From Candidatus Acidiferrales bacterium (lineage in GTDB: Bacteria; Acidobacteriota; Terriglobia; Acidiferrales; 2-02-FULL-67-57), in assembly GCA_035282985.1 (NCBI GenBank), contig DATEUS010000047.1, positions 1 through 29,864 on the forward strand: DNA of 29,864 bases. The letters are read 5' to 3'. Below, piece by piece: positions 1 to 9,970 of the stretch. Positions within the stretch are counted from its first letter, which is position 1; the number at the start of each line of letters is the position of its first letter. Under the pieces are notes generated by a model. The model was not told the origin of the DNA. It did not search any database and saw only the letters and a program-made list of their open reading frames with translations. Made by a program: the position numbers and the translations under genes.

Positions 1-194
1 GAAAAGGGAAAGGGCGTGGGCCAGTTGGGCGTGGCCAGGCGCAGATAGCTGTAGGCCAGCAGCAAGGCGGAGAAGGTGAGCGAGTCGGAAACGATGAAGA
101 GCCACATCCCCAGCTTCTTCGACCCCACCGCGTAGGGGGCCACGCCCCCGCCCCAACGGGATTCCACCACCGCCTCGGTGTGTGCGTCAGCCAT
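1..194 (-). CDS. Cytochrome c oxidase subunit III homologue, second copy (5' part; runs off the window edge)
   Basis: Hand translation from the ATG at 194: MADAHTEAVVESRWGGGVAPYAVGSKKLGMWLFIVSDSLTFSALLLAYSYLR. KLGMWLFIxSD is the typical subunit III helix motif, and the ORF starts 3 nt after the stop of the upstream subunit III homologue. Confidence 0.85.
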   Translation of the reverse strand, partial: MADAHTEAVVESRWGGGVAPYAVGSKKLGMWLFIVSDSLTFSALLLAYSYLRLATPNWPTPFPF

Positions 195-197
195 TGT

Positions 198-857
198 TCA
201 TTGCCCCAAGAGAAGTAGTAAGAACAGGTAGACCCAGAGCACTCCCATGAAGTGCCAGTAAATCCCGGCGACGTTGACCGCGGTGGGCCGCTGCAGCCGT
301 CCGCCGCTCTGACTCCCGAAGCCGACATGGAGCAGGGCGATGATGCCGCCCAGCAGGTGCAGCCCGTGCAGCCCAGTGAGCAAGTAGAAGAACGAGTTGC
401 TGGGATTGCTGGCCAGAAAAACGCCCGCTGCGGCCAACTGCTGCCAGGCAAGAATCTGTCCCACCAGAAAGGCCACGCCTAGCCCAGTGGTGAGTCCCCA
501 CCAGCGGCGGAACCCAGACAGCGATTCGCGTTCGAGCGCCCGCCGCGCCCACTCCAGCGTGAAGCTGCTCAGCAGCAGCAGCCCGGTGTTCAGCCACAGG
601 ATGGGCGGCATTCGGAACGGAACCCAGTCGGTGGACAATCCCTTGCGGACGATGAAGGAGCTGGTCAGCGCCAGGAAGAACATCAGGATGGCCGCCAGCG
701 CCAGGACGATGCCGGTCAGGTAAGTGTGCTGGGGAACCGCGGGGGCGTTGGGCTCGCCGTCGTCCCCGCCGGGGACAAGGCCGCCCTCGCCGGGGCCGCG
801 ATGGCCGTACTCCAGCTCGAGCAGTTCCAGTTCTTCGGTGGCGATCTTCGTCGTCAT
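198..857 (-). CDS. Cytochrome c oxidase subunit III family protein
   Basis: Five hydrophobic helices with NTGLLLLSS, FFYLLTGLHGLHLLGG and YWHFMGVLW motifs; lies directly downstream of subunit I. Confidence 0.9.
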   Translation of the reverse strand: MTTKIATEELELLELEYGHRGPGEGGLVPGGDDGEPNAPAVPQHTYLTGIVLALAAILMFFLALTSSFIVRKGLSTDWVPFRMPPILWLNTGLLLLSSFTLEWARRALERESLSGFRRWWGLTTGLGVAFLVGQILAWQQLAAAGVFLASNPSNSFFYLLTGLHGLHLLGGIIALLHVGFGSQSGGRLQRPTAVNVAGIYWHFMGVLWVYLFLLLLLGQ

Positions 858-868
858 TCCTGTTCGAA

Positions 869-2620
869 TTAGTCACCCGTACCGGCCGCCGGGACGGCTT
901 CCGGCAGATGCTGGGGAATGTAGTCCTTGTCGGCGCCCGGGACGCTGTATTCGTAAGGCCCGCGGTAAATGCGGGGATAGTGTCCGCCAAAGTTGTCGTG
1001 GGGCGGTGGCGAGGACACCGTCCACTCCAGCGTGGTCGCCTCCCAGGGATTGATCGCAGCTTTCTTGCCCTTCCACAGACTCCAGACGAGATTGAGGACG
1101 AAGACGAGCTGAACGGCGATGGTAATGAAAGCGGCGATAGTCATGAAGAAGTGCACCGGGTTCAGCGGCTCGAGGAACGTCACCGCAGTCGTGTCGGCGT
1201 AGCGGCGGGGATGGCCGGCCAGGCCGAGAAAGTGCATGGGCATGAAGATGGCGTAGACGCCGACGAAGGTGAGCCAGAAGTGCAGCTTGCCCAGGGGCTT
1301 GCTCATATGGCGGCCGGTGATCTTGGGGAACCAGTAGTAGGTGGCAGCGAAGATGCCGAAGATGGCCGCCACTCCCATGATGATGTGGAAGTGTGCCACT
1401 ACGAAGTAGGTGTCGTGCAGGGGGATGTCCACCGCCGGCTGGGCCAGGAAGATGCCGCTGAGCCCGCCGCTGACGAACAGCGACACGAAGCCGACGGCGA
1501 AGAGCATGGCGGTGGTAAAGCGTATCTGCCCGCCCCAGAGCGTTCCCAGCCAGTTGAAGGTCTTGATGGCCGAGGGCACCCCAATCGACATCGTCAGCAG
1601 CGAGAAGGCAAAGGCGCTGTAGGGGCTCATCCCGCTCATGAACATGTGGTGGCCCCACACCATCAGGCCCAGAAAAGCGATGGCGCTCATGGCCAGCACC
1701 ATGGCGCGGTAGCCGAAGATGGGCTTGCGGGAGAAAGTAGAGAGGACGTGGGAGACAATGCCCATCCCGGGCAGGATAGCGATGTAGACCTCGGGGTGGC
1801 CGAAGAACCAGAACAGGTGCTGCCAGAGCAGCGGCGAGCCGCCCCGATGGGGAATCAGCTTGTCGCTCACTATGAGGCCGCCGGGGACAAAGAAGCTGGT
1901 GCCGGCGTGCCGGTCAAGCAGCAGCAGGATGCCGGCCGCCAGCAGAACGGCAAAGCCGAGCAGGGCCAGGATGGCGGTGATGAACCAGGCCCACACGGTC
2001 AGCGGCAGGCGTCCGAGCGACATCCCCTTGGTGCGCAGGTCGAGCGTGGTAGTGATGAAATTCAACGCGCCCATCAGCGAGGCTCCGGCGAAGATGGCAA
2101 TGCTGATGATCCACAGCGACTGGCCCCAACCCAGCCCCGGCCCGGCGATCTCGCCCAGGGCGCTGAGAGGCACATAGGCGGTCCAGCCGCTGATGGGCGC
2201 CCCGCCGGTGATGAAGAAAGCCGCCAGCAGCACCAGAAAAGAAACGAAGGTAAACCAGAAGGACAGCATGTTGAGGGTGGGGAAGGCCATGTCGGGGGCG
2301 CCGATCTGGATGGGGAGGAAATAGTTGCCGAAGCCGCTCTGGGGCGCGGTGGTGAGCACGAAGAAGACCATGATAGTGCCGTGCATGGTCATCAGCGCCA
2401 GGTACTGCTCCGGGGTCATCACTCCGAAGAAGGGCAGCTCCAGGTTCGGCCAGACCAGGTGCAGGCGCATCAGCAGGGAGAGAAACATTCCCACGAACAC
2501 CGCCACCAGTGCCAGCAGGTAGTACTGGATGCCGATGACCTTGTGGTCGCGGCTGAAGATGTACTTGCGGATGAAGCCGCGCGGGGCCTCGTGGACCGCG
2601 GCGTTGGCGTGTGTGGCCAT
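869..2620 (-). CDS. ctaD: Cytochrome c oxidase subunit I, A1-type
   Basis: TMHGTIM, WFFGHPEVYI, WGHHM and VAHFH metal ligands; D-channel Asp in GAPDMAFP and K-channel Lys in GVPSAIK. Confidence 0.97.
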   Translation of the reverse strand: MATHANAAVHEAPRGFIRKYIFSRDHKVIGIQYYLLALVAVFVGMFLSLLMRLHLVWPNLELPFFGVMTPEQYLALMTMHGTIMVFFVLTTAPQSGFGNYFLPIQIGAPDMAFPTLNMLSFWFTFVSFLVLLAAFFITGGAPISGWTAYVPLSALGEIAGPGLGWGQSLWIISIAIFAGASLMGALNFITTTLDLRTKGMSLGRLPLTVWAWFITAILALLGFAVLLAAGILLLLDRHAGTSFFVPGGLIVSDKLIPHRGGSPLLWQHLFWFFGHPEVYIAILPGMGIVSHVLSTFSRKPIFGYRAMVLAMSAIAFLGLMVWGHHMFMSGMSPYSAFAFSLLTMSIGVPSAIKTFNWLGTLWGGQIRFTTAMLFAVGFVSLFVSGGLSGIFLAQPAVDIPLHDTYFVVAHFHIIMGVAAIFGIFAATYYWFPKITGRHMSKPLGKLHFWLTFVGVYAIFMPMHFLGLAGHPRRYADTTAVTFLEPLNPVHFFMTIAAFITIAVQLVFVLNLVWSLWKGKKAAINPWEATTLEWTVSSPPPHDNFGGHYPRIYRGPYEYSVPGADKDYIPQHLPEAVPAAGTGD

Positions 2621-2659
2621 CTTTCTTCTCCTGCACCTCCTAGAAAGTTGAGGGAAGCA

Positions 2660-3484
2660 TCAGAAAGTTCCCTGCTCGGCCAGCCAGCGCTCGAACTCCT
2701 CCGGCGGCAGCACCTGCAGCTCCGTGCGCATGCGGTGATGCCCCAGGCCGCAAAGCTCGGCGCAGACCACTTCGTAGCTGCCCGGCTTTTCGGCCCGGAA
2801 CTGGAGGCGGATGGTCATACCGGGCACGGTGTCCTGCTTGAAGCGCAGTTCGCGCACAAAGAAGTCATGGGTAACGTCTTTGGTCTTCAGCAGCGCTACC
2901 ACGTCGCGGTTGACCGGCACACCGAGAACGGGGGTGACGATGTCGTCCTGCGCGGCCGGATCGTTGAGGTCGAGCCCCAGGGGGTTGCCGGCGGCGTCGT
3001 TGACCAAGTCGGGCGCGGTGCGGCCGAACTGGCCGTCGGGTCCGGGATAGCGGAAGGTCCAGGCAAACTGCTTGCCGGTGATTTCCACGGTCAGGGGGTT
3101 GGCAGCGGGCGCCTGGGAGTGGTAGGCGGCCCAGGCTCCTTCCGCCGCCACGCCCAGCCCGACAAAGAGGATGGCGGTGGCGGTGGTCCAGAGGATCTCC
3201 ATGGTGTTGTTGCCGTGGCTGTAGTGAGCGCGCCCGCCGCGGTCGCGGTAGCGCACCAGGACAAAGGCCAGGGCCAGTTGGGCGAGAAAGAAAACAATCC
3301 CGGTGATCCACAAGGTGCGCATGAACTGCGCGTCGATGGCTCGGCCCAGCGCGGTGATCGACTCCGGGAACCACCAGATGCGGGCGGCGAAGATGTAAAC
3401 GGTGGCGAAGGTCAGGACAACCAGGAAGAGGGCAAAGACGAAAGGGACAAGCGCAGAGCCCCGGTACTGCGGATTACTGGCCAT
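2660..3484 (-). CDS. ctaC: Cytochrome c oxidase subunit II (CuA), no fused cytochrome c domain
   Basis: Two core TM helices, QFAWTFRYP aromatic motif, DVTHDF and CAELCGLGHHRM CuA ligands. Start placed at ATG 3484 behind a G-rich RBS; the ORF track starts at 3538. Confidence 0.95.
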   Translation of the reverse strand: MASNPQYRGSALVPFVFALFLVVLTFATVYIFAARIWWFPESITALGRAIDAQFMRTLWITGIVFFLAQLALAFVLVRYRDRGGRAHYSHGNNTMEILWTTATAILFVGLGVAAEGAWAAYHSQAPAANPLTVEITGKQFAWTFRYPGPDGQFGRTAPDLVNDAAGNPLGLDLNDPAAQDDIVTPVLGVPVNRDVVALLKTKDVTHDFFVRELRFKQDTVPGMTIRLQFRAEKPGSYEVVCAELCGLGHHRMRTELQVLPPEEFERWLAEQGTF

Positions 3485-3605
3485 CAGCTCATCCCCCCCG
3501 AAACAGATGAGTTTCGCCTGCCCTGCCGCCCCCTCCACCGGAAGCGGCGGCAGAAATCAGGAACCGCAAATCCACGTCGAGCCTGAGCGGAAATACGAAG
3601 GGGGG

Positions 3606-3634
3606 AGTCTACCTCCGTGTTTTCTTTCTGTCAA
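3606..3634 (-). promoter_or_regulatory. Sigma70-type promoter for the oxidase operon
   Basis: Minus strand reads TTGACA-N17-TAGACT, about 120 nt upstream of the ctaC start. Confidence 0.7.
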
Positions 3635-3733
3635 CTCGGCCTCTGGGGCGGGCCGGGTGATCCTCTCCGTGCAGCTTGACACCCGGGTGTCTTCTGGCGG
3701 AGTATTCCCGCCACTGAGGCGTGGCGAGGGGCA

Positions 3734-4072
3734 ATGCCTGCGATTGTCAGCGAGCGCAACGTCGGTCCGGTGACTCTGCTGGAGCTGGGCGGGCGACTGG
3801 TAGGGGAGTCAACCGGCGAGCTTCACAAGAAGCTGGAAAGCCTGATCGAGGCCGGCCGCACCGAACTGCTGCTCGATTGCAGCCAAGTGACCGCCATCGA
3901 CAGCCAGGCGTTGGGGACGCTGGTGCGGGAATGGGTGTCGGCTGAGCGGCACGGTGGCAAGCTGAAACTGCTCCGGCCCTCCACGCAAATGCGCGAGGCC
4001 TTGAAAGTCACCCGTTTGTCTCCACTGATCGAATCCTTTGACGACGTCAGCGCAGCTCTGCGCAGCTTCTAG
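3734..4072 (+). CDS. STAS-domain anti-sigma factor antagonist (SpoIIAA/RsbV family)
   Basis: 112 aa with LLELGGRL, LLLDCSQVTAIDSQALG (conserved DS phosphoacceptor) and GGKLKLL. Confidence 0.88.
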   Translation: MPAIVSERNVGPVTLLELGGRLVGESTGELHKKLESLIEAGRTELLLDCSQVTAIDSQALGTLVREWVSAERHGGKLKLLRPSTQMREALKVTRLSPLIESFDDVSAALRSF

Positions 4073-4116
4073 TTGCGCGTGAGCGTGGGCCCGCAAGCGC
4101 GTGCCCCAGGGCAGGG

Positions 4117-4326
4117 CTAGGCAACGCGGGCGGACTCGGAAGAGCCGGCGGCCTCGACGATGCCGAGCGCCGTCTCCAGACCGGTGAGTTCGCCCTCCAG
4201 GCGGGTGAGCTTGCGAAGCTTGGTCGGCCCCTCGGAGTCGTAGTTCAAGCTGTGGGAGATGGCGTCGCGCACCTGGCGCTTGTGCATCTCCAGCAAGTCA
4301 ACGACTTCCCGGAAGGCTGAGGTCAT
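4117..4326 (-). CDS. Small hypothetical protein, probably helical
   Basis: 69-aa ORF with an ATG and a GGAG RBS upstream; fills an intergenic gap; no recognised motif. Confidence 0.6.
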   Translation of the reverse strand: MTSAFREVVDLLEMHKRQVRDAISHSLNYDSEGPTKLRKLTRLEGELTGLETALGIVEAAGSSESARVA

Positions 4327-4393
4327 GGCCCGTTTCTCCCCTCAGGCTCATTCCCCCCGACAGAGTGAACCAAGCAGCTAAGCAGCGACAGTG

Positions 4394-4627
4394 CTACTTC
4401 GTGAACAGCTCATAGAGCAACCAGAGCGCGCCAGCCATCAGGCCCATCCCCAGAATGAACTGGGCCATTTGCATCAGGGTGGGTGCGCTCCCCAGAGTAG
4501 CCGTTCCCGTGACGGCGGCGAGCAGGAGGATGACGAAGACCAGGAGTAGGGAGTACTCAGTCAAGTCCTGCCCGCTGGTTTCCCGCCACAAAAGAGCAAT
4601 CAGCCTTCGCACCGCGACACCTGGCAA
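4394..4627 (-). CDS. Flp/type IVb pilin-like small membrane protein
   Basis: LWRETSG^QDLTEYSLLL matches the Flp prepilin G-x4-EY motif and is followed by a hydrophobic helix. The start may be the GTG at 4612. Confidence 0.6.
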   Translation of the reverse strand: MPGVAVRRLIALLWRETSGQDLTEYSLLLVFVILLLAAVTGTATLGSAPTLMQMAQFILGMGLMAGALWLLYELFTK

Positions 4628-4788
4628 ACTTTCCCCGCCCCCTACTCCGTTATTAGCCTAGCGCAGCTTGCCCAGCGGGGTCAAGAACCCAGGTGTGGCG
4701 GTTCTTGAATCCCTGCCCGCCGGTCGCCAGCGGGTTGCGCCAAGTCTGCGGTGGTGAAAGAATCAGGCCCGAGCTTGGAGGCACAGCG

Positions 4789-5418
<630 letters not shown>

Positions 5419-5547
5419 TGGCCGGGCAGGTGTAACACCCGCGCCCGGGCCGTGTGGACTTGCTGGCGGCGCGGTGACGGAGGAGAATAGGCGTAGAGTC
5501 CAATCAACACTAGACAACCCCGGTGCTTGCCGGAGGGAGGCAGCACG

Positions 5548-5823
5548 ATGGGTGCGATTCGCGCACTTGCGCCGGTACTTTTCGTGGCGCTCGTAGTAGG
5601 GGCTGCGCTCGGAGCCATCTTTTGGCAATTGATGGAGTACGAGCGTTTGATGGGCAACACCACCGAATACTGGATATGGGTGTGGGAGTGGATTGGGTTC
5701 ACCGTCATCCTGACCTTGTTGTTGTGGCGTCAAGAGATTCGCCTGGTCCTGCGCGGAAGGAAATCAGCCAAGCCAACTGCGAGCTCTGAATCATCTTCCA
5801 CCCAAGAGAAAACTCCTGAGTGA
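5548..5823 (+). CDS. Small two-TM membrane protein, hypothetical
   Basis: GGAGG RBS, ATG at 5548, two hydrophobic segments, Trp-rich second helix and a basic tail. Confidence 0.7.
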   Translation: MGAIRALAPVLFVALVVGAALGAIFWQLMEYERLMGNTTEYWIWVWEWIGFTVILTLLLWRQEIRLVLRGRKSAKPTASSESSSTQEKTPE

Positions 5824-5833
5824 GCTCTTCGTG

Positions 5834-5862
5834 TTGACTTGCCGACGGGCGGCACCTAAGAT
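5834..5862 (+). promoter_or_regulatory. Sigma70-type promoter
   Basis: TTGACT-N17-TAAGAT upstream of the 5936 ORF. Confidence 0.55.
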
Positions 5863-5935
5863 GCCCTCAGGGTCTGGCAACGCAGCGGCAGCAGGGCTTG
5901 CTCGAGTCGTCGCTGCGGCCACCGGCGGAGCAACC

Positions 5936-6151
5936 ATGGACCTCTATGAAATAACTCTCCACGGCACCGACAGCATCTACGTGCTGGCGGATTCCAAGTA
6001 TCGGGCGCTGGAGCTGGTGGGCGACTATCTGGCTGACGCTGGTCAGGACAGCAGCCTGAAGGCCGGCAATTTCGTTGTGCGTCAGGTGGACTTCTCCGAG
6101 GAGCAGATCCTGCGCCCGGACAAGTGCCGCGCCTGTCCTCTGAGCGAATAG
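5936..6151 (+). CDS. Small hypothetical protein (71 aa) with a C-terminal CxxC
   Basis: GGAG RBS, ATG at 5936, GC3-rich codons; ends DKCRACPLSE. Confidence 0.7.
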   Translation: MDLYEITLHGTDSIYVLADSKYRALELVGDYLADAGQDSSLKAGNFVVRQVDFSEEQILRPDKCRACPLSE

Positions 6152-6188
6152 GCCGGCCGAGGCGCGAAAGCGTCTGCGCTCCTTCGCG

Positions 6189-6217
6189 TTGACTTGCTTG
6201 CCGGTGAGGACTACCAT
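6189..6217 (+). promoter_or_regulatory. Sigma70-type promoter
   Basis: TTGACT-N17-TACCAT upstream of the 6282 ORF. Confidence 0.55.
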
Positions 6218-6281
6218 GAACAAGAGGTTGTAATGGATTGACCGTTACGCGCGGAAGGAAATTCTTCGGGCGGAGGCATCC

Positions 6282-6749
6282 ATGTTTGAAGAGCCAACGG
6301 GCCCGAAAGCGGGCGGGATAAACCAGCTTTGGATCATCTTCGCTGTTGTCTGCGTTGTGGTGGTGGGGGGGGCAGTGCTCTACGTGTTGCTGCAACCCGG
6401 CGGCGGGACCACTCCTTCGACCACCGCAGCCCCGGACCTGGCGGCGGCCGACGCGTCCCGCGACCTGAAGTTGAGCCGGGCGTCCCTGGGTAAGGACGTC
6501 ACCGGCACGAGAGCGCTCTGGTCGCTCAGGATTCAGAACAATTCTCCCTACACCTACACCAACATTCGCTACGAAGCCCGTTACTTCGATTTCAACAACA
6601 GGCTCCTGGCCTCGAGCGAGGGCACGATCGAGGCCAGTATTGGACCCCAGGAGGAGAGAGCTTTCCCCGAGCTCCAGGACATACTCTATCCGGAGGGAAC
6701 GGCCCGCTACGAATTCCGGCTGAGAGAGGCTACGCCGACCGTACAGTAG
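6282..6749 (+). CDS. Membrane-anchored beta-sandwich protein, FxLYD-like
   Basis: GGAGG RBS; N-terminal TM helix; pattern IQNNSPYTYTNIRYEARYFDFNNRLL...IGPQEERAF resembles FxLYD domains. Confidence 0.65.
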   Translation: MFEEPTGPKAGGINQLWIIFAVVCVVVVGGAVLYVLLQPGGGTTPSTTAAPDLAAADASRDLKLSRASLGKDVTGTRALWSLRIQNNSPYTYTNIRYEARYFDFNNRLLASSEGTIEASIGPQEERAFPELQDILYPEGTARYEFRLREATPTVQ

Positions 6750-6892
6750 CTCTCTCGCGACACGCTCGCCGGCGGAAGAGCCACGGCTCTTCGGAGATTT
6801 CGTAGTCTCTGCAACACGGCAACTGGCGCTCACCTGCTACAATTTGCGTCAGAGGCGGGCAACCAGCGGCAACCGTTGTCTGCTTCTTGCAT

Positions 6893-6981
6893 GCCCGGGT
6901 GGCGGAATCGGCAGACGCGAGGGACTTAAAATCCCTTGGCCCGCAGGGGCCGTGTGGGTTCGACCCCCACCCCGGGCACCA
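6893..6981 (+). tRNA. tRNA-Leu(TAA)
   Basis: Acceptor stem GCCCGGG/CCCGGGC with encoded ACCA; D arm TGGCGGAATCGGCAGACGC; anticodon stem AGGGA/TCCCT with loop CTTAAAA; long variable arm; T arm GTGGG-TTCGACC-CCCAC. An extended -10 (TGCTACAAT) lies upstream at about 6835. Confidence 0.97.
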
Positions 6982-6990
6982 CAAGTTGAA

Positions 6991-7049
6991 GGGCCGTGTG
7001 GGTTTCCCTCGACCCCGCTCGGGACAAGCGACCCCCACCCCGGGCACCA
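6991..7049 (+). repeat. Copy 1 of the tRNA-Leu 3' end (att-like), interrupted by a 24-nt hairpin element
   Basis: GGGCCGTGTGGGTT + [TCCCTCGACCCCGCTCGGGACAAG, 7005-7028] + CGACCCCCACCCCGGGCACCA; the flanks are identical to 6947-6981. Confidence 0.92.
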
Positions 7050-7070
7050 TCGTGATTATTCAGGGCAATT

Positions 7071-8534
7071 GTGATTCCTCCGCTGCGCCAAGTCCCCCTA
7101 GTGTCCAAACTGGCGGGAAACAAAAACAGCGTAGCCTCTTTCCTCCAAGGCGGTTCTGGGGCAGAATGCCTCGAAACGCGGGCAGGCAAGGACACAACGA
7201 CTGTGCGTACGCAATCCGCAGGCCAGCGCTGGTTCCTGGTTACGCTGCTGCTTTCCTGCGCCACGATTCTTGCCGTCATCTTTTCCCTCTGGGAGCTGGT
7301 CGAACATCGCTATTTCCGTGACGTTGACTACCAAACCCTGCACTACCTCTACATCACCCGCGGCATAGCCTCGTCCTTCCTGGTTGCTTTGTGGGCCGCT
7401 TGGTTTGTCCTGCGCGAACGTCGGCGTCACGAGGAGGAACTGGAAAGCTCCCGCGAGTACTACCGTTCCATCCTGCGGAGCACCCCGGAATCAGTCATAC
7501 TTCTTGATGATTCCTACCGGGTCGTGGAGTGGAACGAGGCCGCCGAGCAGCTCTTTGGTCTTTCCCGCGAAGCCGTGGCAGGAAAAGAACTGCCCACGGT
7601 TCCGGAAGACCGAAGACCGGAGTTGCAACAGCTGCTGGCGCGAACAGGGGGGAAACAGGTTGTGCTGGACCACGAGACGGTGCGCCGCAATCTGCGGGGC
7701 GAATTGATTCCGGTGGCCGTCAGCTACTCGTGCATACCCATCTCTGATGGACAATCGAAACTTTTTCTTGAGGTCGCGCAGGATATTCGTCCCCGCCTGA
7801 CGCTGCGGGACAAGTGGCTGGAGGTGGAGAAGCTTGCCCTGATGGGGCGCATGGCCGCCGGCACGGCCCACCACCTCAACACGCCGTTGACCGCCATGCT
7901 GCTTCAGGTGGAGATTCTTCGTGAACGCGCCCAAACCACCGATGACGCGCAGGAGCTGGCTACGATTGAAAATCGCATCCGCTTCTGCCAATCTTTCGTG
8001 CAGAATCTCTTGCGCTTTGCCCATCGCGCCCGCCGCGAAGCCAGACCCGTCTCTATCCCCGAAGTCATTGAGGCAGTGGCTACCCTGATCCGACCCAGTG
8101 TGGTCCTCAAGGGGGCACAGTTGCAGAGTTCGGTGTCGCAACTGCGGCCGTGCGAAGTCCTGGGAGACCGCAACCATCTCGAAGCCATGTTCTCGGCCCT
8201 GCTCAGCAATGCGGTCGACGCCACGCCACTTGGGGGGTCTATTTGTCTCCACGGGACGAACTCAAACGGTGTGGCCGCCATCTACATCGACGATACCGGG
8301 CCTGGGATTCCAGCTCATCTGTTGCCGCGCCTGTTTGAGCCGTTCTTCACCACCAAGCCAGCCGGCAAGGGAACCGGCCTGGGGCTTGCGATTGCGCGCA
8401 ATATCGCCGAGGAACACGGAGGCTCTCTCGAAGTGCAAAATCGAGAAGAGGGTGGTGCGCGGGTCACGGTAAGGCTTCCTCTCCCGACGAAGGATGGTAC
8501 CCTCAAGCACCCGGCCATGGAGCAGACGTCATGA
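7071..8534 (+). CDS. Membrane-bound PAS-domain sensor histidine kinase
   Basis: Two TM helices, PAS motif (WNEAAEQLFG), H-box AGTAHHLNTPL, N-box LLSNAVDA, DTGPGI, FEPFFTTK and GTGLGL. The true start may be the GTG at 7203. Confidence 0.93.
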   Translation: MIPPLRQVPLVSKLAGNKNSVASFLQGGSGAECLETRAGKDTTTVRTQSAGQRWFLVTLLLSCATILAVIFSLWELVEHRYFRDVDYQTLHYLYITRGIASSFLVALWAAWFVLRERRRHEEELESSREYYRSILRSTPESVILLDDSYRVVEWNEAAEQLFGLSREAVAGKELPTVPEDRRPELQQLLARTGGKQVVLDHETVRRNLRGELIPVAVSYSCIPISDGQSKLFLEVAQDIRPRLTLRDKWLEVEKLALMGRMAAGTAHHLNTPLTAMLLQVEILRERAQTTDDAQELATIENRIRFCQSFVQNLLRFAHRARREARPVSIPEVIEAVATLIRPSVVLKGAQLQSSVSQLRPCEVLGDRNHLEAMFSALLSNAVDATPLGGSICLHGTNSNGVAAIYIDDTGPGIPAHLLPRLFEPFFTTKPAGKGTGLGLAIARNIAEEHGGSLEVQNREEGGARVTVRLPLPTKDGTLKHPAMEQTS

Positions 8535-9952
8535 GCGAGCCCGGCTGCGACCCTCCTTGCGGGATCCTCATTGTGGACGACGATGAAGGATTGGTAGCCA
8601 CCCTGGCCAAAGTCCTGGGCCGCCACTACCCGGCTGTGCATACGGCTTTTTCGGCGGCGGAGGCAACCACCATTTTGGCGCGGGAAAACAACATCTGTCT
8701 GGTGTTGGCGGATGTGGTGATGCCGATGATGGATGGTCTCTCCATTCTGGATCATGTCCGAAGTAACTACCCGCGCGTGAGTGTGATTCTGATGACGGGT
8801 TTTGGAACGATTGAGACCGCGGTGGAGGCTATCAAACGGGGGGCGGAAGACTACATCACCAAGCCCTTCGACACCGAGACCCTCTTGAAGAAAGTCTCCC
8901 GCTTAATGGAGTTCTATGAGTTGCGGGAGAGAGTCGCCCGTTTGGAAGGGCAGCTGGCGCAGGAGCGTCTGTTCGGAGGGATCGTGGCAAGTTCGCCGGC
9001 CATGAGGGCCGTGCTTGAGCGCGCGCGGGTGGCGGCCCAGAGCACCGCCCCGGTCTTGCTGGTGGGTGAGACGGGAGTGGGCAAGGAAATGCTCGCCAGG
9101 GCCATTCACCGCGCCAGTCAGCGGGCGGAGCGTCCTTTCATCCCGGTCAACTGCGCCGCCCTGCCACAGGACTTGATCGAGAGTGAACTGTTCGGCTATC
9201 GCAAGGGCGCGTTCACGGGGGCCACAACCGATCGCGCCGGTCTCTTCCGGGCTGCCCACGGCGGGACTGTGTTTCTGGACGAGATTGCGGAATTACCCTC
9301 GGCGGCCCAGGCCAAGCTGTTGCGGGTGTTGGAGGAGGGCGAGGTCCGCCCGCTGGGTGAAACGAATCCCTCTTTCGTGGATGTGCGTCTAGTCTCGGCC
9401 ACCAACCGTAGCCTGGAGGAGTTGGGCGGGAAAGCCTTGCGGGATGACTTGTTTTTCCGCATTTCCACCATCGTGGTTGAAGTGCCCCCCCTGCGCGAAC
9501 GCGGGCAGGACCTGTATCTACTGGTCGACTATTTCCTGGAGGAATTCAGCCGCAGCTACGGCCGGCGGGTGTCTATCCAACGGTCGGCGCTGGAGAGGCT
9601 TTCCTCCTACCGTTTTCCCGGCAATGTGCGGGAACTGTCCCACGTCCTGGAGAGTGCCGTGGCGGTGTCGACCAATGAGCCCCAGGTCATCACCGAGCAG
9701 GAATTGGTCCCGCTGTTGCGCGCGGCAGGCACCACGCCGGACATTGTCTCGCCGGCGGCGGCGGATTGCTCGCTGGAGAGTATGGAAAAGTTCGCCGTTC
9801 GCCAGGCGCTCCGTGTCGCCGGCAACAACAAATCGAGGGCGGCGCTCCTGCTGGGGATTTCCCGCGCCTCTCTCTATCGCAAACTACGGGACTATGGAAT
9901 CGAAGCCGGGCCGGAATCGGACGAGGCCGACACTTCCCGTCCGCCGCGGTAA
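8531..9952 (+). CDS. Sigma54-dependent response regulator (NtrC/AtoC/ZraR family)
   Basis: Receiver domain (IVDDD, LADVVMP, TKPF), GETGVGKE, intact [19 protein letters not shown] and a Fis-type HTH; ATGA overlap with the kinase. Confidence 0.96.
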   Translation: MSEPGCDPPCGILIVDDDEGLVATLAKVLGRHYPAVHTAFSAAEATTILARENNICLVLADVVMPMMDGLSILDHVRSNYPRVSVILMTGFGTIETAVEAIKRGAEDYITKPFDTETLLKKVSRLMEFYELRERVARLEGQLAQERLFGGIVASSPAMRAVLERARVAAQSTAPVLLVGETGVGKEMLARAIHRASQRAERPFIPVNCAALPQDLIESELFGYRKGAFTGATTDRAGLFRAAHGGTVFLDEIAELPSAAQAKLLRVLEEGEVRPLGETNPSFVDVRLVSATNRSLEELGGKALRDDLFFRISTIVVEVPPLRERGQDLYLLVDYFLEEFSRSYGRRVSIQRSALERLSSYRFPGNVRELSHVLESAVAVSTNEPQVITEQELVPLLRAAGTTPDIVSPAAADCSLESMEKFAVRQALRVAGNNKSRAALLLGISRASLYRKLRDYGIEAGPESDEADTSRPPR

Positions 9953-9970
9953 TCCGTCCCTCCCGTCCGC

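Noticed and set aside
908..3586. 892-aa plus-strand ORF
   Set aside because: Antisense shadow of ctaD/ctaC caused by GC-rich codon bias; no motifs.
6893..6981. bldA-like control of island genes by the rare-codon tRNA-Leu(TAA)
   Set aside because: TTA codons occur in the island regulator (8903, 9293) but also outside the island (e.g. 5101); no enrichment can be shown by eye.
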